This document shows positions 58,934-64,000 of a stretch of DNA of 64,000 nt, in pieces (position 1 is the stretch's first letter; every line of letters starts with the position of its first letter). The stretch is from Nitrosopumilus sp. (GTDB taxonomy: Archaea > Thermoproteota > Nitrososphaeria > Nitrososphaerales > Nitrosopumilaceae). The translations under genes and the position numbers were made by a program. The notes beneath the pieces are model-generated. The model had not been told where the DNA came from. It saw nothing but the letters and a program-made list of their open reading frames with translations, and made no database searches. The stretch is from NCBI GenBank assembly GCA_965206745.1, contig OZ242220.1, forward strand, positions 576,001 through 640,000. Reading direction: 5' to 3'.

Positions 58934-60103
58934 TCACACTGCGTCATCTGTGATCTTTTTTTCAAGCCTGTCTTCTAGCGGTATCTCGATGAGATCCCCC
59001 ATTCTTAGATTTTTTAGCCCTGTGGCGACTGCCTTTGCCCCCTCATCGTCTTTTTCCAGCCCTAAAAGCGACATCAGATATGCAGCACCTGTCTTTCCTG
59101 CTAGTTCCCCGAACACTATCCTCCTCCTGTTCCCGACTGCCCTAGGGGGAATCGGTTCATAGGCTGCAGGATTTCGAAGAATGGCTGCAAGGTGCGTGCC
59201 AGCTTTGTGTTTGTATGCTGATGAGCCCACAATTGGTTTTGAGTCATATGGCCTGATTGATGTATACTCTTCAATTAGCCTGGATAGGTCTAGCAGCATG
59301 TCCAGCCTGAAATCGTTTGGCGACTTGTAGAGATAGGTCAGTGCCACTGCCACCTCTGCTAGTGGCGGAATTCCCGTCCTCTCCCCGATGCCATCAATCG
59401 TGGTGTGAATCTGATCAACTCCCGCATCACATGCTGAAAATGCATTTGCCACTGCAAAGCCAATGTCATTGTGAACATGTGCATCAAGTGGAACATCGAC
59501 AACATCCCTTACCCTTTTGACAAAGTTATACATTCCAATTGGCCGTAGAATCCCCACCGTATCTGGAAGGCTGATTCTGTCGACTCCGGCCTCCTCAATT
59601 CCCTTGCAAACCTTTAGCAGGAATCCCGGCTCTGCCCTGCTTCCGTCCTCGACTGTGAACCTGATCTTTAGTCCGTGGGATTTTGCATACTCTACTGTAC
59701 TTATGGCCCTCTCAAGTGCCTCATCCCTTGTGATCCGTAGTTTGTCTTTTAGATGAATATCTGATATTCCCAGATATGCCGCACACCATTTTGCATCACA
59801 GTCTAGGGAGGCATCGACATCCTCCTTGAGTGCGCGTCCATGAGAGACAATGTCTGCTTTTAGTCCCTGCTTGATGATTGTCTTTGTTGCCTCTTTGTGA
59901 TCACTTGATACTATGGGCGAGATCTCGATTTGATCGACGCCGAAATAATCCAGCATCCATGCAATCTGGATTCTCTGCTTGTTTGTAAATGAGACCCCTG
60001 GGTGCTGTTCCCCCTCCCTGAGGGTGCTGTCCAGAACCCTGATCTTCTTTGGATTGTCTTCGTATGCGTTGTATATGTTGGCATAGTGATTCGAATCTTT
60101 CAT
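58934..60103 (-). CDS. Homocitrate synthase (LeuA/HCS family)
   Basis: DSTLREGEQ, LPDTVG, HVHNDIG, GIGERTG, HKAGTH; no long regulatory domain; sits in the lysine cluster. Confidence 0.85.
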   Translation of the reverse strand: MKDSNHYANIYNAYEDNPKKIRVLDSTLREGEQHPGVSFTNKQRIQIAWMLDYFGVDQIEISPIVSSDHKEATKTIIKQGLKADIVSHGRALKEDVDASLDCDAKWCAAYLGISDIHLKDKLRITRDEALERAISTVEYAKSHGLKIRFTVEDGSRAEPGFLLKVCKGIEEAGVDRISLPDTVGILRPIGMYNFVKRVRDVVDVPLDAHVHNDIGFAVANAFSACDAGVDQIHTTIDGIGERTGIPPLAEVAVALTYLYKSPNDFRLDMLLDLSRLIEEYTSIRPYDSKPIVGSSAYKHKAGTHLAAILRNPAAYEPIPPRAVGNRRRIVFGELAGKTGAAYLMSLLGLEKDDEGAKAVATGLKNLRMGDLIEIPLEDRLEKKITDDAV

Positions 60104-60220
60104 TACTGATATCGTTGGTATGGATAGACGATATAAACATATTCGTACTAAGTTCGTTGGAAAAAGGCAAAAATGATCCTAAATTAGTTTTGAAATTAAA
60201 TTATGAAACGAAAGTCGCAT

Positions 60221-60640
60221 TTAGGTTATCTCTCTTAAAATGATGACCGTGTTGGTATCTGCCACGCCGGGGATCTTTCTTAGGGCGTCAATGGTGGCAT
60301 TAATCTCTGTAATGTTTGTAGCACTCATTATTGTTGTAATGTCGTACTGGCCTGTAATTTCATAGACTGCTCTTACTCCCTCTAGCTTTGCCAGTCTCAG
60401 CGACACCTTTGATGTGTCTGTTGCTGAATCCACTGAAACCAAAACGATTGCACTGGTCAAATTTTCTTCCCCGATCTCCAGAGTGAATTTTTTGATCGTG
60501 CCGCTGTCTATTAGATTTTTTACACGTCTTCGGACTGCGGATTCAGACAGCTTTAGCTTCTTGCCAATATCCACAAACGATTCCCTGGAATCCTCTTTGA
60601 GATAGCCTATGATTTTTTCATCCACTTTATCCTTGTACAT
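60221..60640 (-). CDS. lysM: Lrp/AsnC family regulator LysM
   Basis: LSESAVRRRV HTH, YEITGQYD; position in the lys cluster. Confidence 0.88.
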   Translation of the reverse strand: MYKDKVDEKIIGYLKEDSRESFVDIGKKLKLSESAVRRRVKNLIDSGTIKKFTLEIGEENLTSAIVLVSVDSATDTSKVSLRLAKLEGVRAVYEITGQYDITTIMSATNITEINATIDALRKIPGVADTNTVIILREIT

Positions 60641-61808
60641 CTCTTCTCGCTTCCTCCTCAGTTAGTACCAAATCAAGGGCATGTAAAACTTTTGTCACAT
60701 CATCTTCTGATATTACCAGCGGGGGTAAAAGCCTTAGAACGTTTCTTCCAGAATACAGCATCAGGACCCCCTCCTTGATCAATCCCATCAGTATGTTCAC
60801 CACCTCAAACTTCATCTCAATTCCTATCATGAGTCCCTTGCCCCTGATCTCCCTGATCATTGTGTGCTTCTCCTTTAACTCTTTGAGCCCTTCCCTGAAC
60901 AGCTTGCCCATCCTCTCTGAATTCTCAACCAGTCCGTCCTCTGTGATTGCCTTGAGGGCAGCAACTGCTGCAGCACAGGATATCGGGTTTCCTCCAAACG
61001 TTGATGAGTGCTCGCCCTTGCCCATCGAGGCCAGGATGTCCTCTCTTACTAGAGTTGCACCCATTGGCACTCCCCCTGCAATTCCTTTTGCAAGGCATAG
61101 GATGTCCGGTGCCGTACTCCAGTGATCACAGGCCCATAACCGTCCGGTCCTGCCCAGACCTGCCTGAATCTCGTCGAAGATCAGCACTATCCCTCTCTCA
61201 TCACAAAGCTTTCTGACGTCCTGCAAGAACCCCTCAGGGGGCACAATAATCCCGCTTTCACCCTGTATTGGTTCTAGGATCACAAATGCCGTATCCTCAT
61301 CCACTGCCAAACGCAGCGACTCGATGTCCCCATATGACGCAAAGGACACCTTCTCCACTAGTGGCGCAAAGGCCTTTCTGTACTTTGGATTAAACGTTAA
61401 TGACAGCGCCCCAAATGACTTTCCGTGGTAGGATCCCTTCATTGCAACCATTCCCTTCTTGCCTGTAAACTTTCTTGCAAACTTCATTGCGGCCTCGACT
61501 GCCTCAGCGCCGCTGTTGTTTAGGTGAACCTGTGTCAGGCCTTTTGGGGCCAGGCCAATTAGCATTCTCAAAAACTCTTCCCTTGTCCTGTTGTACAGGG
61601 AACTGTGAACTGTGATTATCTTGTCAATCTGCTCTCTGATTGCATCGTTGACTCTCTGGTTTTTGTGGCCCACCAAGGCTACGCCATATCCTCCCATGCA
61701 ATCTATGTACTCCTTTCCGTCGACATCCCACACGTGGGCCCCAAGACCTCTTTCAATGGTAACTGGAAACCTCTGATAGAGGTTTCCCATAAATTGGTCC
61801 TCACTCAT
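60627..61808 (-). CDS. lysJ: [LysW]-aminoadipate semialdehyde / glutamate semialdehyde transaminase
   Basis: NSGAEAVE, EPIQGESG, FDEIQAGLGRTG, AKGIAGG, STFGGNP. Confidence 0.9.
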   Translation of the reverse strand: MSEDQFMGNLYQRFPVTIERGLGAHVWDVDGKEYIDCMGGYGVALVGHKNQRVNDAIREQIDKIITVHSSLYNRTREEFLRMLIGLAPKGLTQVHLNNSGAEAVEAAMKFARKFTGKKGMVAMKGSYHGKSFGALSLTFNPKYRKAFAPLVEKVSFASYGDIESLRLAVDEDTAFVILEPIQGESGIIVPPEGFLQDVRKLCDERGIVLIFDEIQAGLGRTGRLWACDHWSTAPDILCLAKGIAGGVPMGATLVREDILASMGKGEHSSTFGGNPISCAAAVAALKAITEDGLVENSERMGKLFREGLKELKEKHTMIREIRGKGLMIGIEMKFEVVNILMGLIKEGVLMLYSGRNVLRLLPPLVISEDDVTKVLHALDLVLTEEEARRDVQG

Positions 61809-62604
61809 GTTCAATCACCGTACAGTTCTCATGTCCAATGGCTGCAGTGATTGGATTCTCCCTTTGGCCGTTGCCAATCAGTGCTTGTTTGACTCCCATG
61901 TCAAGTGCTTCAGTGGATGCCAGAATCTTCTTCTCCATTCCCGGTCCTATCTTTGGCCTGATCTCTTTTGCTTCAGCTAGTGTCAGTTTTGGTACTAGTT
62001 TGTCATCCATCATCAACCCGTCAACATTTGTGATGAACAACACCTTGTCACAGCCAACCCTGCCTGCAACATAAGCTGCTGCCCTGTCCCCGTCCACATT
62101 CAAAAACTCTGACTCTTCACTCATTGCTATGGGTGAGATTACCGGCGTCAGGCCTTGTTCCAATAGGGATCTGATGAATCCTGAATTTATCTCTCTGATC
62201 TTGCCTGTATACCCGCCATCAATTGCCTGCTTTCTTCCTTTCTCATTTACTATGAGCAGCTTCTTTTTTCTGTCAGCCTGGATTACCTTTGCATCCACCC
62301 CTGATAGGCCGATTGCATTGATGCCGTTTTTTTGCAGCATCTGAACGATCGTCTTGTTGATTCTGCCTGACATTACCATGGTGAATATTTCTGCTGTCTC
62401 TTTATCTGTATACCTGCTCTTGATGCCACTAGGCGATGTTACAAACCTTGGCTCCTTGCCAAGCTGTCTGCACACCTTGGTGACCTCCTTTCCTCCCCCG
62501 TGAACAATGATGATGCCCTCTGTCTCTGCCACCTTCTTGATGTCTGATATCGTGGATGGATGCAGATCATCGACTACACTACCGCCAATCTTGATTGTGA
62601 TCAT
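61801..62604 (-). CDS. lysZ: [LysW]-aminoadipate/glutamate kinase
   Basis: IKIGGS, VHGGG, SRYTD, NVDGDRAA, GMEKK. Confidence 0.92.
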   Translation of the reverse strand: MITIKIGGSVVDDLHPSTISDIKKVAETEGIIIVHGGGKEVTKVCRQLGKEPRFVTSPSGIKSRYTDKETAEIFTMVMSGRINKTIVQMLQKNGINAIGLSGVDAKVIQADRKKKLLIVNEKGRKQAIDGGYTGKIREINSGFIRSLLEQGLTPVISPIAMSEESEFLNVDGDRAAAYVAGRVGCDKVLFITNVDGLMMDDKLVPKLTLAEAKEIRPKIGPGMEKKILASTEALDMGVKQALIGNGQRENPITAAIGHENCTVIEHE

Positions 62605-62606
62605 CT

Positions 62607-63653
62607 CTACACGGGAGTCAGCGGGGTGTATCTCAGCCCGTTCATTTCATCAAAACCGCACATCACATTCATGTTTTGAATGGCAGAACCGGCTGCACCC
62701 TTCATCAGGTTATCTGATGCAGACAGTGCAATCAATCTGTTGTTATCCTCGTCTAAATCAAATCCGATATCGCAAAAGTTTGAACCAACCAGGAACTTTG
62801 GATCTGGGAATTTGTACAATCCCTTCTTGTCTCTGATCAGCCTGACGAATCTCTCCTCCCCGTATGCCTGACGATATATCTTCCACAGCTCCTTCTCCTC
62901 GATGTCCTTCTTTAGGAATGTGTGGTTTGTGCATAGAATTCCACGAACGACATCCACTGCATGCGGACTCATTGAGACGCGGATCTTTCTTCCCGCAATC
63001 TCACCAAGCTCCTGCTCAATTTCACCGGTGTGTCTGTGTTTTGCCGGCTTGTATGGTCTAATCACCCCTGCCCTCATTGCATGGGCAGTTCCTGAACCTG
63101 AACCTGCACCTGAGGAGCCAATCTTTGAATCAACTATGATGTGCTCGATGTCTATGATGTCGTTTCTAATTAACGGGGCAAGTGCCAGTATGGATGTGAC
63201 TGCCATGCATCCTGGACAGGAGACCAGCTGTGCCTTTTTAATCTCCTCTCTGTGCAGCTCCGGCACACCAAAGACTGACTTTTGCAGGTAGTCTGGATGG
63301 GGATGCTCCCAGCCGTACCATTTGTCATATGCCTCCTGATTGTGCAATCTGTAATCTGCGCTTAGGTCAATTACCTTGACCCCCCTGTCGTACAGTGCCT
63401 TTACGATTTCTGTAGCAGTACCATGAGGCACTGCCGTAAAGACCACATCGCACTGGTCTGTTAATCTGTCATAATCTAATTCTGAGAATGTCAAGTCTGT
63501 AAACCCCTTCAGGCTTGGCTGAACTCTATGCAGATATTCTCCTACGTGCTGTCTTGATGTCACCATTGAGATCTCTACATCCGGGTGATTGACCAGTAAT
63601 CGGAGTGTCTCCCCACCCACGTATCCTGATGCCCCAACAACCCCGACTTTCAT
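62607..63653 (-). CDS. lysY: [LysW]-aminoadipyl/glutamyl-phosphate reductase (ArgC family)
   Basis: GASGYVG, DLSADYR, PGC, HRHTGEI, DNLMKGAAG. Confidence 0.92.
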   Translation of the reverse strand: MKVGVVGASGYVGGETLRLLVNHPDVEISMVTSRQHVGEYLHRVQPSLKGFTDLTFSELDYDRLTDQCDVVFTAVPHGTATEIVKALYDRGVKVIDLSADYRLHNQEAYDKWYGWEHPHPDYLQKSVFGVPELHREEIKKAQLVSCPGCMAVTSILALAPLIRNDIIDIEHIIVDSKIGSSGAGSGSGTAHAMRAGVIRPYKPAKHRHTGEIEQELGEIAGRKIRVSMSPHAVDVVRGILCTNHTFLKKDIEEKELWKIYRQAYGEERFVRLIRDKKGLYKFPDPKFLVGSNFCDIGFDLDEDNNRLIALSASDNLMKGAAGSAIQNMNVMCGFDEMNGLRYTPLTPV

Positions 63654-63680
63654 GATAAGACACCCGCTAAAGGAGTATAA

Positions 63681-64000
63681 TTATTTTCTTACGTAGTTTA
63701 GGGCAAATTCTACCATCTCTTTTGGTATATTTCGCTGTGCAACTCTGGCCAATCCTTTGAATTCCACGGTGTTGTTTACCTCGTGTACGACCAGTCCGTT
63801 CTCTTCATCCTCCATCATGTCAACTCCCAAGATTCCTCCACCCATGGCCTTTGATGCTTTTACTGCCATGTCTTCCATCTCTTTTGTGATCTCACAAAGT
63901 TGGGGGTCTGCCCCCAGTGCAATGTTCGTTTTGAATCCTCCGGAGGACTTTCTATACATGGCTGCAATGGGATCATCGCCGACTGTGATTATCCTGATGT
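63681..64000 (-). CDS. argX: Second LysX-family ligase, ArgX-like (3' part only; truncated by window edge)
   Basis: FKTNIALG, GVDMME, HEVNNTVEFKGL; upstream of lysY. Confidence 0.8.
   Translation of the reverse strand, partial: IRIITVGDDPIAAMYRKSSGGFKTNIALGADPQLCEITKEMEDMAVKASKAMGGGILGVDMMEDEENGLVVHEVNNTVEFKGLARVAQRNIPKEMVEFALNYVRK

Overview
Archaeal chromosome segment from an ammonia-oxidising archaeon (Thaumarchaeota/Nitrososphaeria, Nitrosopumilus-like). The diagnostic genes are eukaryote-type topoisomerase IB, ribosomal protein S30e, the ADP-forming 3-hydroxypropionyl-CoA synthetase plus dehydratase pair of the thaumarchaeal HP/HB cycle, and LysW-dependent lysine/arginine genes. Most of the window is housekeeping (radA, rlmN, rpl21e-rpo4-DUF655-rsmA-hemK, psmA, gdhA, dnaG, ribK, ribL, dph5), with two tRNAs (Ser-GCT; elongator Met-CAT with a non-canonical 30/31 intron). 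Three accessory regions stand out. (1) An AT-rich two-gene islet between rps30e and radA, bracketed by what look like decayed tyrosine-integrase fragments. (2) A putative metal/redox cassette next to tRNA-Met: a His-rich membrane microprotein, a secreted Met/His-repeat protein, and an NDH-2 with a membrane domain and a C2H2 finger. (3) A ~16.7 kb insertion splitting the lys/arg cluster, carrying a ~3,960-aa secreted Ig/cadherin-like protein with ten near-identical 588-bp repeats, small membrane/secreted proteins and an AT-rich ABC-type ATPase + TOPRIM-like pair (candidate defence system). Small genes missed by the ORF track include an Elf1-like zinc ribbon and a LysW ending in EDWGQ instead of the functional EDWGE. 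There is also a frameshifted orphan DNA methyltransferase and a decayed Trm112-like/methyltransferase gene. No CRISPR array, rRNA, intact transposase or reverse transcriptase was seen. All family assignments come from motif recognition, not database searches.
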